A stretch of 64,000 bases of DNA from Felis catus (lineage: Eukaryota), in NCBI RefSeq assembly GCF_018350175.1, contig NC_058368.1:32552001-32616000 (forward strand), written 5' to 3'. Each line of letters opens with the position of its first letter. Position 1 is the first letter of the stretch. The notes under the pieces were generated by a model that saw nothing but the letters and a program-made list of their open reading frames with translations, made no database searches and was not told the DNA's origin. Below, piece after piece: positions 49,428-62,395 of this stretch. The translations under genes were made by a program, and so were the position numbers.

Positions 49428-50867
49428 TTTAGGGATTTGTTTTGATGCATGACCTCCAAACAAATTTGGTTAAAATACCAAACATATTTGTTTGCTTCTA
49501 AATTTCTGTGTTTATGTCTTATGCATACATTAAACCTATGTGGGAGATATGAATTATAAAAACAAATTATCAGATGACTTCATCATTTTATTACTAAAGT
49601 CAAGTAAAGGGAAAATATTAAGTCCAATTTAGGGTTAAAAGCCAGGGATAATTTTCCTTTGTTTTATAAAATTACAAAGTTTTAAAGATTTATTTATCTC
49701 TTCTTACATAATCTATTCCATTATTTTTAGATTTGAATAGCAAGTATAATTTTTTTTTACTTGAATAACAAGTATAAAATGTTTTTACCGGTCAATTTGG
49801 AATAATGAATCGTTTAGGTGTCAATGTTGAGTAAGATATCAAAAAGTTTTGCAGGTGGATCAAGAAAGGTGCAAAATTTGAAAAATACTTCAGCAACACT
49901 AGAAAGAAATCAAGGTCCACAGCCTCAGCATTGATGATGAGACTAGGCTCTTTCATTCTCCCTCCAATTTCAGCCCCACCATTCAAACAGATATTGCCTT
50001 TATAAAAGCAGTAATAATCTGGGAAGTTTTCCAGATTCATTTATAAGAAAGCAAAGAGCTCAATTCGAGCTACATTTTGTAGGGCTCTTCATTCTTTCAT
50101 TATGACCTGAATCTCTTACAAAGGACTCTCTCTACTCTTTGTGTGGGGAGCAAAGGAGCCTTTATTGTGTGCATCCCTTTTTCACTTTAAATGCATTATT
50201 CTGTATTGGGTATGCAGGAAACAATCCAAACCCTTCACTGAAGATTTACTCTGTGGAAATGCAAGATAGTAACTCAATTTGAGAACAATGTGTTTTGCTT
50301 TCTTTCAGATGGAACTGGTCAATGTGTACTTGCTAGTTTCCAAACTTAGAAGGTTTCCCTGACATTTCTAAAATTTACATTGTGAAATATACAACAGACA
50401 GAGTAGGAAATCGTAGAATGTTTATATGTTCATTTGGGATCACAAATGTCACCACAGCTCAATTTAATTACACTTCTAGGAGATAATTTTGGTTACTACC
50501 ACAGCTACTACATTTTCATAACCATGATTGTGTTCCAAGGTTTTTTTTTCTTTCTTTGTTTTCTTTACTCTTTCACTGTAACTGTGTTGTGATTGTCAAC
50601 TTAGATATTTAGCTTAACATTTGTGCCTTGAAAGTAACCTATCCTAACATATCCTCTCACTATAGTTTTCCACTTATTTAATATTTTATCATTCCTTATA
50701 TGTAAGACCAGAGGAAGGAGAACTATAGTAACTGCTAGGTATGTTTCTCAGTGACTCTTGTTATGCCCATAAATCCTTAATAAATACTGGTCCAAATAGA
50801 TAACAGCAAAAGACTGTTATTTGCAAGCAAACATCATTATTTTACCTTTCATTCATTGTCTTTCAAA

Positions 50868-51090
50868 AAAAAAATTTTTAAACGTTTATTTATTTTTGAG
50901 ACAGAGAGAGACAGAGCATGAACGGGGGAGGGGCAGAGAGAGAGGGAGACACAGAATCGGAAGCAGGCTCCGGGCTCCGGGCTCTGAGCCATCAGCACAG
51001 AGCCAGATGTGGGGCTCGAACTCACGGACCGTGAGATCGTGACCTGAGCTGAAGTGGGACGCTCAACCGACTGAGCCACCCAGGCGCCCC
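50868..51090 (-). mobile_element. Young Can-SINE
   Basis: 18-bp TSD cattcattgtctttcaaa at 50850-50867 and 51091-51108; small internal ggctccg duplication. Confidence 0.98.
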
Positions 51091-51550
51091 CATTCATTGT
51101 CTTTCAAATCAGTTTTTTCATCCGGTAGTATTAAGTACTGTGCTAATTGTTCTCATTATCTCATTGAATTGTCACAAAAACTAATTCTACAGATGAATAT
51201 AAAAATATAAATATATCTTTAAAACATTTTAAACCACATTTGAATTCGATACTGTACAACACACATTTCCAAAATTACTATGTGTATCACTTAAAAGTGA
51301 GTGATTTTATGTAGTATCTATTTATTCAATGGGCAATGTCACAAGGATTCCATCCTCGGTTTCCTGTTTATTGGACTGAAGATTTGTTGAAGTAAGTTGG
51401 ATCCACACAATATTCTTTAATAACATATATTAATTATTTGAATAAAAATCTAATATAAATAATAATCTAATTCAATTCTAATGATTAGCAATCTTTTGGC
51501 AATTCTGCATATGCCATGTTGATGCTCCAGAATGCTTTTTATGATAGTTT

Positions 51551-52347
51551 TGAGACAGGGAAACGGAAGGGCTCCATAAAAACCTTCTTTTTGCTCCTTT
51601 TCTTGCTTCTATTCTTGCTATGACCTGCACCCAACCCCACTTTACAAATGCCTCAGACTGAAGGAGCACCTGGGTGGCTTAGTTACGTGTCCAGCTTTGG
51701 CTCAGATCATGATCTCGCAGTTTGTGAGTTCGAGCCCTGCGCCAGGCTCTTTGCTGACAGCTCAGAGCCTGGAGCCTGCTTCAGATTCTGTGCCTCCCTC
51801 TCTCTCTCTCTACCCGTCCTCCACTCTCGTTCTGTCTCTCTCCTTCTCAAAAATAAATGAACATAAAAAAAATGCCTCAGAATGCAGATAGTCTATGTTC
51901 TCTTTGTAAGGGTCAAGGATCTAATGATTTCTATAGAATAGATAACATCTAAGGAGGGATCAGGTGAGAATGATCAGATGAAGCTATCATATGCATATCG
52001 TTGACCACCAGAGCTAGACATCTCCATGCCAAGAACCCCTGGTTTCAAGAAAGAACACCTGGGCCCTCATCCTTGTTCTAACCAGTTCCTGGATGCCTGG
52101 GAGGACATGCACACCAGACCATGATCCTCAATAAAAGCCTTTAGACCCCAAGCTAAGACTCATGTTCCTTTCCTTTCTGAGTCACCCAGATGCCCCATCT
52201 ATATCTGCTCTCTCTATGTCTTCTATAAACTCTGCTCTCACTTCCTGCTACCTCACGTTTGACTTCCATTGTAGGCAAAGCCAAGGACCCTCTTGGCTGG
52301 TCCTGCCAGTCCACCTCTGGGTCCTTGGATCCAGCCTGCCTGCATCC
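51551..52347 (+). mobile_element. ERV1-type solo LTR interrupted by a SINE
   Basis: TGAGACAGGG start; U5 aagccaaggaccctcttggc...cagcctgcctgcatc; flanks gttt/attt. Confidence 0.75.
51663..51869 (+). mobile_element. Can-SINE inside the LTR
   Basis: TSD aaatgcctcaga at 51646 and 51870. Confidence 0.95.
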
Positions 52348-52389
52348 ATTTCAGGGGATAAGCCAGCTTCCAATAAAAAAATATAAGGT

Positions 52390-52750
52390 AAAATGCATCC
52401 TTATGGAGAAGTGTTCCCTTTATTATTTTTTAATGCTTCTCTCTATACATGTTAAATTTTTTTTATTCAGAAGTCTGCTCTGTCTGAAATTAATATAGCT
52501 AATTCAGCATCTTTTGATTAGTATTAGTGTAGTATATCTATTACAATAATACCAAAAAGTATGTAGGTATATGTTTAACGAAATGTGGGCAGGATTTGTA
52601 TGGGGACATTTTTTTAAACCGATAAAGATATCTAAGAGCATCTAAATACATGAAGCATCATTCCATGTTCATAGAAACACTCAATATTTTAAAGATGGTA
52701 ATTATTGCTCAATTTATTTATAGACCAAAATTAATCCAAATGAAAACTCT
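52390..52750. mobile_element. Two abutting L1M ORF2 fragments in opposite orientation
   Basis: 52390-52545 antisense (tctgaaattaatatagcta); 52545-52750 sense (ccatgttcatag...actcaatatt..aaagatg). Confidence 0.6.
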
Positions 52751-52829
52751 CTCTGTGGTTCCCTCTGCCCTTGTCCCCTGCTTACACTGTGCCAAAAAAA
52801 AAAAAAAAACCCACAAAAAACACAAAAAA

Positions 52830-54700
52830 CAGTGATTACCAGTGATTATCAGAGGGTTGGGGAATAAAAGTAAAGTTGACTAAAAGAGGCACAGGGATTA
52901 TTATGGCTATGAAAATATATTGTGTACATATACTGTGTACATATACAAATATACTGTGTATGTATACATGCTGTTATGTATATGACAAAACCCATACAAC
53001 TTTATATCACAAAATGTAAACTTTCATGTGTGCAAATTAGAAAAAAATGATTTAAAGGACTGGAGATCACAGGAAGAAAGGCAAACTGTGAAAAAAGAAT
53101 CTAACTGTATTACAAATGTATGAAGCAACTTTAGCGAAGGGGTTGGGAGAATAACTCGTGGACCTAAGTAACTTGGAAATGAGTGGGAGCTGTAAGACCA
53201 CGTGCCACAGGAGCTGCGTACAGCACAGTTCTACGGTTGAAAAAATTGTTACCCACAGAGACACAAGTTAACAATTCTGATACTGATACATATTTATATA
53301 TATCAACTGGAATTGAACAATTAAGTACATGAATGACAGAGAGTGGAAAACTTGTTTTTCACTAATGGTGTGTGAGTTTACAGAGTAACAAGAGGAGGGA
53401 GTTAGAATGATCTATAATGGCAATAGATTAGAATTGAAGACATCAGAAAGAACTCATATTTAGCTCTATATGTATATTTTCGCATATAAATACTTATAGC
53501 TATGTCTATATACATGTGTTAGTGCACACACACACACACACACACACATTTCTTTGCTCTCTCAAATGAGAGAGGCTAAAAAAAAATGATATCCCAGGAA
53601 AAACAACACAACTAGTCCTGGGATCTTGGTTTCAACTGCTATTCTCCAATAAAAAGAGCCAGTGCTGCTTAGAGAAATTGCTGCTTCTGGGTCTAGGACA
53701 GGATATGTACAATATAAACCTGGTGCATCTTGAAATGCTACAAAAGAGGATAAATAAAAACAAAAACAAAACTCCAAACCCACACACATTGATTGATGAG
53801 ATTGTCAAAAGAGCACAGGAGCCAACTGAAAGAGTTCTCAGTGGCCAAAACTGTAAAAGTTTGGGCAATAAAGTAAATAAAATAGTATTGTAATGTTATC
53901 CAAATTTAAAATAAATATTTGTTAGTACACACTGATATAAATAAATGATAGGATAAATTAATGAACCTGAGATGAGAGCCAAATCTCCCATGCAGAATTG
54001 CAAGTAATTGATGTAGATACTTTACTCTTCAGGAATAGAATCATAATTTCTCGGTCCTTAAGTGCAAACTATACACAGCAACTGCATTTCAAAGAGCGCT
54101 GAATAGAAATTGGGTGGGGGGGGGAGTGTTGAAGACAATTACTTTCTAGCAGAGAAAACTGACAAACACTATCAGCTAGGTGATGAAGGTTGACATCAAT
54201 GTTGATAAATCATATCGATAGTGTAGACGTTTGATATCATGTGATGAGATTGACACCTTATGTCTATTGTCTTCGTCCCCAAAATTGATAACCCCAATCT
54301 AATGCAATCCTGAAAACAATTGGGAAAGCATAATTGGAAGGACATTCTGCAAAATACTTGTCCAATACTCCTCACAACTGTAAATGTCATCAAAGAAAGG
54401 AAAGTCTGACAGACCATCATAGTCAAGAGGAGCCTAAGGAGACATGATGAATAAATGTAATGTGGTGTCCTGAAAGCAATCCTGGAACACAGAAAGGACT
54501 TTAGGCAAAAACTATAGTATGTGGGCTTTAGTTAATAATAATACACTAATATTAGCTTGTTAATTATGACACATGTACCATAGTCATGTAACTTGTGAAT
54601 AATATAGATAACTGGGTGTGGATATTTGGGACCTCTTTGTACTGTCTTGTCAATTTTTCTATAAATCTAAAACTGTTCTGTTACAAAGTCTACATAATAA
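52830..54700 (+). mobile_element. L1MC3-like 3' UTR
   Basis: aaaagaatctaactgtattacaaatgtatgaa...; attctccaataaaaagagccagtgc...; ttttctataaatctaaaactgttct end. Confidence 0.85.
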
Positions 54701-55593
54701 AAACTCATGTAAAATTATTTTCATAGTTTGAAAGGATAAAATGCATCTATCTAACTCGTTTTTTTTTCCACCTAAGTCCTATGAAAACTAAAAAGAACAT
54801 TATCAATAGGTAAACTCCCTTACCATCCTTTTTCTTTTTTGCAAAAGCAATTGCAGAAATTGAAATTGCAAGTTCAAAATTGAACTTTCCTTTATATTTT
54901 TGCACAGAGATATAATTTAGTACTGACCTAAACTCTTCATTATTAAATTGTCCTATTTAACTAGTTTATCAGCCTGGGAAAGCTCTCCAAAAGTTGTGAC
55001 ACCCAAAACGGTTAGCATCTAAAAAGCTGTTTTGGATGCTAAGTTTATATAATAGTATTATTTTAAGCTCTTCATTCTTGCATATACTAAGTCCATTTCT
55101 AGTCACCAGGCAATGGGAAAAGTCAAATCACTAAAGTGGCTGATATTCAAGGGTGAAGAAGGAAACTATCTGGCCTTTAAACTTCCACAACAGCCAGCAA
55201 AACTTGAGTTGGTAATATAATAAAATGATGACAATATTTGCCCACTTCACTGTTTCAGGTAAGAATGTTCTGAGATATAAATTATACAAGAACAAAGAAT
55301 GAATGCTGCTTAAGTAAATATTTTAATTGCTTATGCATTATTTTTTTGCAGTAAATTGAGTGGGGATCATTTTTTTTCTTTAAACGGAGGCCTATTATTG
55401 AAACACAAAACATTTAAAATTTGTTTTGTGAGGCTCCTGTACTGAATGGAAAGGCAAAGAAACTATGCATAATCAGATGTGGAATGCCTGGAGAAAAAAC
55501 TAAAACATCTAAATCTTTGAAGATTTCAGATGTTGATTAACCACTCAAAGCAAATGTAATTGTTTAGACCCCTGCTCTTCACTAATAATTAAA

Positions 55594-55628
55594 ATACACA
55601 GACACACACACACACACACACACACACA
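55594..55628. repeat. (CA)n microsatellite
   Basis: Direct reading. Confidence 0.9.
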
Positions 55629-56402
55629 ACAAATATATGCTCACCATAAATAGAAAGTAAATTAATTTGCAAGTAACTGAGAACAAGTGAATTTGAAAAT
55701 GCAGGGTCTGATTAGTTTCATAATAATGCTGCGATAAATGTATTTATGTAGCACTGTTTAATTCATCCAGTCCATCTTCTGGTAAGAGGGTAAAATAATA
55801 TATGGGTACATTATTTTTGGTATTTTGAAGCCTCTGGTGAATGCATGGAAAGATCACCAATTTTATCACGCTAAACCATAGGTGCTTTATTAAGAATTAC
55901 AGTAATCACAGCTCCTACTTAAGTTTGTAGTATCTTAACTGTAAATAAATGGAAATACTCTATTATTGGTCGAAAAGAGATTCTGTCATTGTGGATATAA
56001 TTAAACTTCAAAAATAAACAGGATGGTTGAGAAATTTCTTAGCCTAAACCATCTTATCTTAAACAGAAGACCAATTATTTCATAAAATATCTTCATTCAA
56101 CTAAGTAGTAGAATACTATGACATATAAGTAAATAGCAAAGAGCTTCTTAGAAGCTAAAATACTATTCCCAAATTGGCAATTTCTTTTATGAATTACCCT
56201 AAATAGAAATGTGTCAAGAAACAGTGCTATAAATTTTATGATGGGTTTGCTGGCTAACAATAATTAGCATTAATTATGCACATTAGTTTTTTTCAGTTTT
56301 TCAATCTAATGAAAAACTTCACATAACATTTTCATGAGCAAATTTGCATGAGCAGAATTAGTGTCCTTATTTCTGGAATGTATGTTTTGGAAGTTCACTT
56401 TT

Positions 56403-56625
56403 TTTATTAAATTTTTTTTTAATGTTTATTTATTTTTGAAGGAGAGAGAGACACAGAGTGCAAGCTGGGGAGGGGCAGAGAGAAAGGGAGACACAGAATC
56501 TGAAGCAGGCTCCAGGCTCTGAGCTGTCAGCACAGAGCCCTACGCGGAGCTTGAAGTCACAAATGGGGAGATCATGACCTGAGCCGAAGTTGGATGCTTA
56601 ACTGACTAAGCCACCCAGGTGTCTC
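56403..56625 (-). mobile_element. Can-SINE
   Basis: Long TSD tgtatgtt(t/c)tggaagttcactttt at 56379-56402 and 56626-56649. Confidence 0.97.
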
Positions 56626-57460
56626 TGTATGTTCTGGAAGTTCACTTTTGACAAGAAACTAATTTGATTATCCTCATTCATTTTCTTATACTTATTTAGT
56701 TCATGAAACGTGGAAAACATGGTGGAATTTCACACAAATATACGCTAAATATGAAATATTTTGAAAATTTGATACAATAAATGCATTAGGATAGTATGTA
56801 TAAATAATAGATAACAAAGATGAAAAATCCTTATTTGACAGGCAAGTTTGAGATGTTGCATTACTGAGAGGAAAAAGAGAGAGAGAGGAAGAGCTAAAAG
56901 AGGAAAAAAGAGTGAGATAAAGATAGAAAGAAACTTTGTGTGGAGGAGGGAGCCACTCTGAATTTCCCAGATAAAAACCTACATTTCTGTGAAGTCTTTA
57001 AAACTCTATCAAAATATTTATTACAGATAGGAGATGCCATTTGTGAGAAACAAACGTGATTATCATTATCGTTATCATTGATTTAATCCAACCTAACTGT
57101 TTCAAGCTATTTTTGGATTTTACACTTCCATGAAAAGATATTAAAATAAAAATGAAGTTAATTAAATACATCAGAATTAAAGTATAACAAATGATTCTTC
57201 AAAGAAACATGATGAAAAAATAAAGGTTATTCCCTTAACAGTTTTAAAAGTTTTAAAACTTGGGATCTTAATAAACACAAATGATTAATGAAAGACCTAA
57301 GGTAGTGATAAACCAGAGAGGAGAGTTGGTCATTTATAAAACCACTTCTAGGCACTTAGTTCAACATCTAAATTACCAAAATTGTTAATCTGGCTAAAGA
57401 TGGAATTACACGGAAGAGATTCAGTAACTTGACAAAAACCCAACATTCAAAATAAACAAC

Positions 57461-57492
<32 letters not shown>

Positions 57493-57570
57493 TATGTGTA
57501 TATATAAATATGTGCATATATATATGTGTGTGTGTGTATATATATACACACATATACATATATTCATATA
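57461..57570. repeat. (TA)n/(CA)n/(TG)n compound microsatellite
   Basis: Direct reading. Confidence 0.9.
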
Positions 57571-57578
57571 AATATTTA

Positions 57579-57647
57579 TAAACTCATACAAACACTTGTA
57601 AAGCTCAATTAAACTCATATAAACACTTGTAAAGTTCAATTAAACTC
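57579..57647. repeat. 31-bp tandem duplication
   Basis: taaactcata(c/t)aaacacttgtaaag(c/t)tcaat twice, plus taaactc. Confidence 0.9.
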
Positions 57648-57956
57648 TGTGACTCTTTTTATCACTAGGAATTCTTAGGCACAAATGGAGTGCTCTTATA
57701 GGTTGGCATAAAACTTCTCATGAAAATAGAGTTATTATGTAACAGAAGTCTAGATGTGGGTACATCTAAAATAGTCAGAAAGTTAAAATAGTAAAGTTTA
57801 TCATCCATGAGAATTTCTGGTTATTATTGGATTTTCTGTGAACATAAATACTTGTTTGCTCATCCAAATTTAGTATATAGTTCTTAGTATAACTGAACAG
57901 CTTTGGCATATATTCCAAAGAAGATCTTTGTAAACTTCATTTTGAATATTGTTTTA

Positions 57957-58176
57957 GAGGTTTTTTTTGTTTTGTTTTGTTTGTTTGTTTGTTTGTTTGT
58001 TTGTTTTTAGAGACAGTGCAAGAAGGGGTGGGACACAGAGAGAGGGGGACAGAGGATCTGAAGCAGGCTCTGCGCTGACAGCTGGGAGCCTGACATGGGG
58101 CTTGAACTCACAAGTTGCGAGATCATGACCTGAGCTGAAGTTGGATGCTCAACCGATTGGGCCACCCAGGCACCCC
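57957..58176 (-). mobile_element. Can-SINE with tail decayed to (TTTG)n
   Basis: TSD ttttgaatattgtttta at 57940-57956 and 58179-58195. Confidence 0.95.
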
Positions 58177-58636
58177 TTTTTTGAATATTGTTTTAAAGAT
58201 TTCCTGCTTGTTCACTTCTTCTTTCTCTTATGTTTAAAATGTCGCTATCTCCTCTAAAGCTGGAATGTTGTATTACAAGATTACAGAAACCAGGGCCATC
58301 CTATCGATGCCAGAACTGTGGCAAGGGCTACCCTGCTGAAGGAGTGGTTTGGTGGAAGGTGGAATAATGGAGAAGTAGGAAGTAAGGCCAAGTGATCCAT
58401 TAGGTTCAGTAGGCACAGTGTCTTGGGCTCATGATCTTTTAGGGACCCATGAAAATAGAATGTATATGACCTTACATATATTTAATACAGGTGTTATTTT
58501 ATGTTTTGTCATTATTATATTACATATAGCATAATGAATGTATTGATTTATCTAAATAAGTTCAGGTAGATTTAGGAATCTAATATTCTTTGATTCATGC
58601 AAATGCAAGCCCACATAAATGTTTCAATCCAAGATG

Positions 58637-58641
58637 TTTTG

Positions 58642-58672
<31 letters not shown>

Positions 58673-58878
58673 TTTTTTTCTGTTTTTGGAGAGAGAGAGA
58701 GAGGGAGAGGAAGAGGGAGAGAGAGAGAACAAGGGAGAGGAGCAGAGAGGGCGAGAGAGAGAATCTCAAAGTGACTCCACACTTAGCACAGAACTGGATG
58801 CCGGGCTTGATCTCACAACCTGGAGATCATGATCTGAGCCAAAATCAAGAGTTGGAAGCTTAACTGATTGCACCACGC
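58637..58878 (-). mobile_element. Old Can-SINE
   Basis: (TTTTG)n tail, (GA)n linker, gagatcatgatctgagccaaaatcaagagttgg head. Confidence 0.9.
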
Positions 58879-59480
58879 ATTTAGCAAATTACTACTGTCT
58901 ATATGCTAGTGAGCCTAGAGAAACTTGGAATTATAAAATGTATGTATGTGTGGGCTTTCTTACTGCTATATTAATATATTTCAAAGTAATATGTAAAGAA
59001 ATGTTATTTTGTTGGAAATCTTTCACAGCAAAAAATATTGTGTGATTTATAATTAAATAAACAAAACAGTTTTATGAAAATTTTTCCCACTGAATAGCAG
59101 ACTTATTTTAACACATTTTATACGTTTCTAGTTTACTAAAATAACATGAAACTACACTTAAACAGACAATCTAAACAGGAGAAATATTAGTTTATGTTTT
59201 GGTGGATTACAAAAATGCAGACACGCTGCTTCAAGGGAGCATAATGGACAGCTCTACCTTAATATGTAAGTACTAATGAAGTACCCATTTGCTTCTAAGA
59301 CAAAGTTGCTAGGGATAAACATATACACATTCACTTGCATACTCCATATGGTGCACTGTAACCTTAGTTAATATGTGGTACTATATATGCAAAAGTTAAA
59401 GTAAGTTCATGCTTTTTTGGTCACTGGAAGAGGTTTTACTTATTTTTATCTCAGATAATTATGATTTCTCAAAGTTGAAC

Positions 59481-60155
59481 AGTTACTGGTGGGAAAATGC
59501 CTTATGTGCATGAAGGTCTTGGTCCTTGGATTCCCACAAGAAGATTTATGTGGCGATCCCACAAGATTTATAAAGACAGCCAGAAGGAAAGTAGCAAGCC
59601 CAAAAAGGTTTATTAAAGTGAAAGAACACTCAAGGTAGGAGAGGTTCCTGGAGGTGGAACCAGCCCTAGGTTCTTTTAGGATTGGATATTTGCTCTCTCT
59701 CTCTGGGCTGGGAGGAGCTGTGATGTACAGTGGGGTGGTCTGTTATCGAGGCTCCTTCCAATCCTTTGGGGGACTCCTCCAGCAGGTAGGGAAGGGAAGT
59801 TTTTGACTCTCCAAGATTTGTACCAGAACCATCATAGCAGCCTTTCTTCATGGTGGGGTGGGAATTATAATTGCAAGTTGATGCATTATAATGAGTCTAG
59901 GGGTCATCCTGGGGCAGAGGTGGAAAGGAGATCACATGCTCCACACCTGTGGCTCCTGGTCTGTCAGCTCTAAGGTCTTGGAAGCCACAAGGTCAGGATG
60001 TTGTGCCTCCTGGCTCCTAATGCACAACCCATTTATCACCTGTCCTTGCTCACAGCTCATGTCTCTATCATTCCCCTTCAAGGACCTGGGACAGTGCCTC
60101 TGGGCCTTCCTTCCACTGCCCAAGTCTAGCTTCTTCCTAAGGGATCCAAGCTTCA
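59481..60155 (-). mobile_element. ERV1-type solo LTR
   Basis: gttactggtggg...; tttatt (minus-strand polyA signal) ~59608; cattataa; GC-richer ~675-bp block ending cttca. Confidence 0.7.
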
Positions 60156-60344
60156 GTCCACCATTGAAATTCCAATATTAATAGCTCTTTCCATCTTCTG
60201 AAAGCTGTTATGTGACATTTTTCTTACAAAGTATTGCAGTATTTCTTATTGGAATAAATAAAACATACTTTAGACTTAAAAAATCAAAATGTTCTAAAAT
60301 GTAGCCAATTATCTGTGTACTTTTCCCATTTCAGTATCTAATTC

Positions 60345-61065
60345 GGTTGTTCTAAAAGGGTGGTTTATAGAAACGTGATGATCCATAAGAACCTTGCAGG
60401 AGGTTCATGGTGTCAAATATGTTTATACTAATAGTATAAACTTTTTCAATGTGCTGGAAACCACAGGTAAAATTACAGGCAACTTAGCACAAATAAAAGC
60501 AGTGGACATTAGCTGTACCTAGTCATACTTATTGTATTCTGTATCACTATGTACTTGCCTTAATACAAACGTGTCACTTAAGATGTGCTTGAAGAATAAG
60601 TAAAAAATTTTAATTTTATCAAGTATTGACCCTTCATATTCATATCTTTAATATCCTGTAGTGTAAAATGAGATGTAGTGTCAAATGTAGTGCACTTCTA
60701 TTGCACTTTTAAATGGGATTGTTTTGTTAGGAAAGGTATTTGTAGCTTAATTACAAATTGAGCTAAGCAATTTTTTCACAAGAATACGACTTTTATCTAA
60801 AAATTTGAACTGTCTTAAATTTTTTTTTTTGGTGAGGGAGGGAAAATAATGTCTGCCAATGTGAGCTTTCCAGGTTCTCATACTTAAATTCTGTGGTGGG
60901 ATTGGAGATGATATTAAAAAGTAGAATTTTTAAATATTACATAATGAAATGTGTCAAAATTTGAAAGATTTGTATCACTCATTGAATCAATAATTTCCAA
61001 ATGAACAATGCATGTGTGAAAAAGATATCATAAGTAAGATAGCCATTCAAAGTATAATTCAATTG
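60345..61065 (+). mobile_element. Charlie1-like hAT transposon, 5' part
   Basis: cttagcacaaataaaagcagtgg...; ataatgaaatgtgtcaaaatttgaaagatttgtatcactca...aatttccaaatgaacaatgcatg. Confidence 0.75.
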
Positions 61066-62395
61066 ATGTTAAGAACTTTGCACATATTTCATGAGGGATA
61101 TTGATTTTTAGTTTTCTTTTTAATTTACTTAGCAGGGTTTTTGTTATATGCAGATATATTGGCCTTATAGAATTAATTGGGAAGTATGCCATTCTCTTCA
61201 ATTTTCTGAAATATATTTATGTAGAATTAGTATTATTTTTTCTTAATTGTTTCAAGGAATTTTACTGATTTTTTTAGAAAAATGGATTTGATTCTACTGA
61301 TGTTCTCTATTTTTTGTTTTGTTTTAATAATTCCTGCTTTTATACTTACTGTTATTTTCTTCTCCTCACTTTGGTTTTGATTTTGTCTTCTTTTTCTGGT
61401 TTTTATGATAGATATCAGGCAATTGAGAACTTTCTTCTTTTTTACTATTGTAGTTAGTGCTATAAATTTCCCTCCATGTACTGTACTAGCTTTATCCCAA
61501 GATTTAAACATGTTATGTTTTCATTTTCATTTTCATAATTTTTTCTGATTTCTTTTTTAATTTATTTTTTAACTTATGGATTGTTTAAAAGTGTGTTTTC
61601 ATTTGTGATATTTTAGGGTCTGTTTCTGTTGACTGATTTCTCTCCTCATTAGCATATTTCTTTCTTGCTTTGCATATCTTCTGAGTTTTGATAGGGTATC
61701 AGACATTATAATTTATAACTTGGTAGGTGCTGGTTATTTTTATATACCTTTAGGTATTTTTGATAAGTATGTTTAAATATTTGTTAGAATATTTATAGAA
61801 TATTTATAGAAACTTTTTGTTCTTTTCAGGATTTGCTTTTTTTTGTTAGACTGCATCAGAATACCTTTTATTCTAGAGCCAATTTTCCCTCATTACTGAG
61901 GCAATAGTATACTGAGTACCTTAAACAATGTCCCACGCATTAGAAGGTTTTCCACTGGCTGATGGGCACACAAACTATTCTGGGCTTCGTGTGTGCTCCT
62001 CGGATTTTTCTGCGTGCCTATTTTTGATGAGTCATTCGCTGGCTCAGTAATTATCCTCACAGGAATTTTCTGATCAATATTCAGTAAAGTGTCAAGGGAA
62101 CCGTGCAGATTTCTGGGACTCTTTCCCTGTGTAGCTTTTTCTTCTTTGGTACCCTGCTTTATGAATTCTAGCTACTGTGGTCTCCACCAATTCTTAAGTT
62201 TGTCTCCTTAACTGAGCAGGACTGGTAGGCTCTATTTTGATTTCCCCTTCCCTTTGGGGACCTGGAAAGTGTGCACAGACCAAGCTTGTACAAACATGGC
62301 GTTTCCTTATGTGTTTCAGTCACTCAGTGATTACTGTTTTCTATTGCCTCTTCAAATGCTTGAAACTTGCTTCATATTGAACACTTGTTTTTAAA
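61066..62395 (-). mobile_element. L1M fragments inserted in Charlie1
   Basis: ORF 61233-61511 WDKASTVHGGKFIAL matches L1 ORF2 WDAAKAVLRGKFIAL; further L1 5' text to ~62395. Confidence 0.7.

Noticed and set aside
49792..50040. 82-aa minus ORF and an open plus frame in unique DNA
   Set aside because: No recognisable homology or convincing splice-site pair.
18300..52347. Two same-strand ERV1-type LTRs with similar U5 as ends of one provirus
   Set aside because: 33 kb apart, dissimilar 5' parts, and older repeats lie between them; independent solo LTRs.
2611..57647. Direct repeats and TSD pairs as a CRISPR-like array
   Set aside because: Each occurs only two or three times with no regular repeat-spacer period; eukaryotic context and no cas genes.
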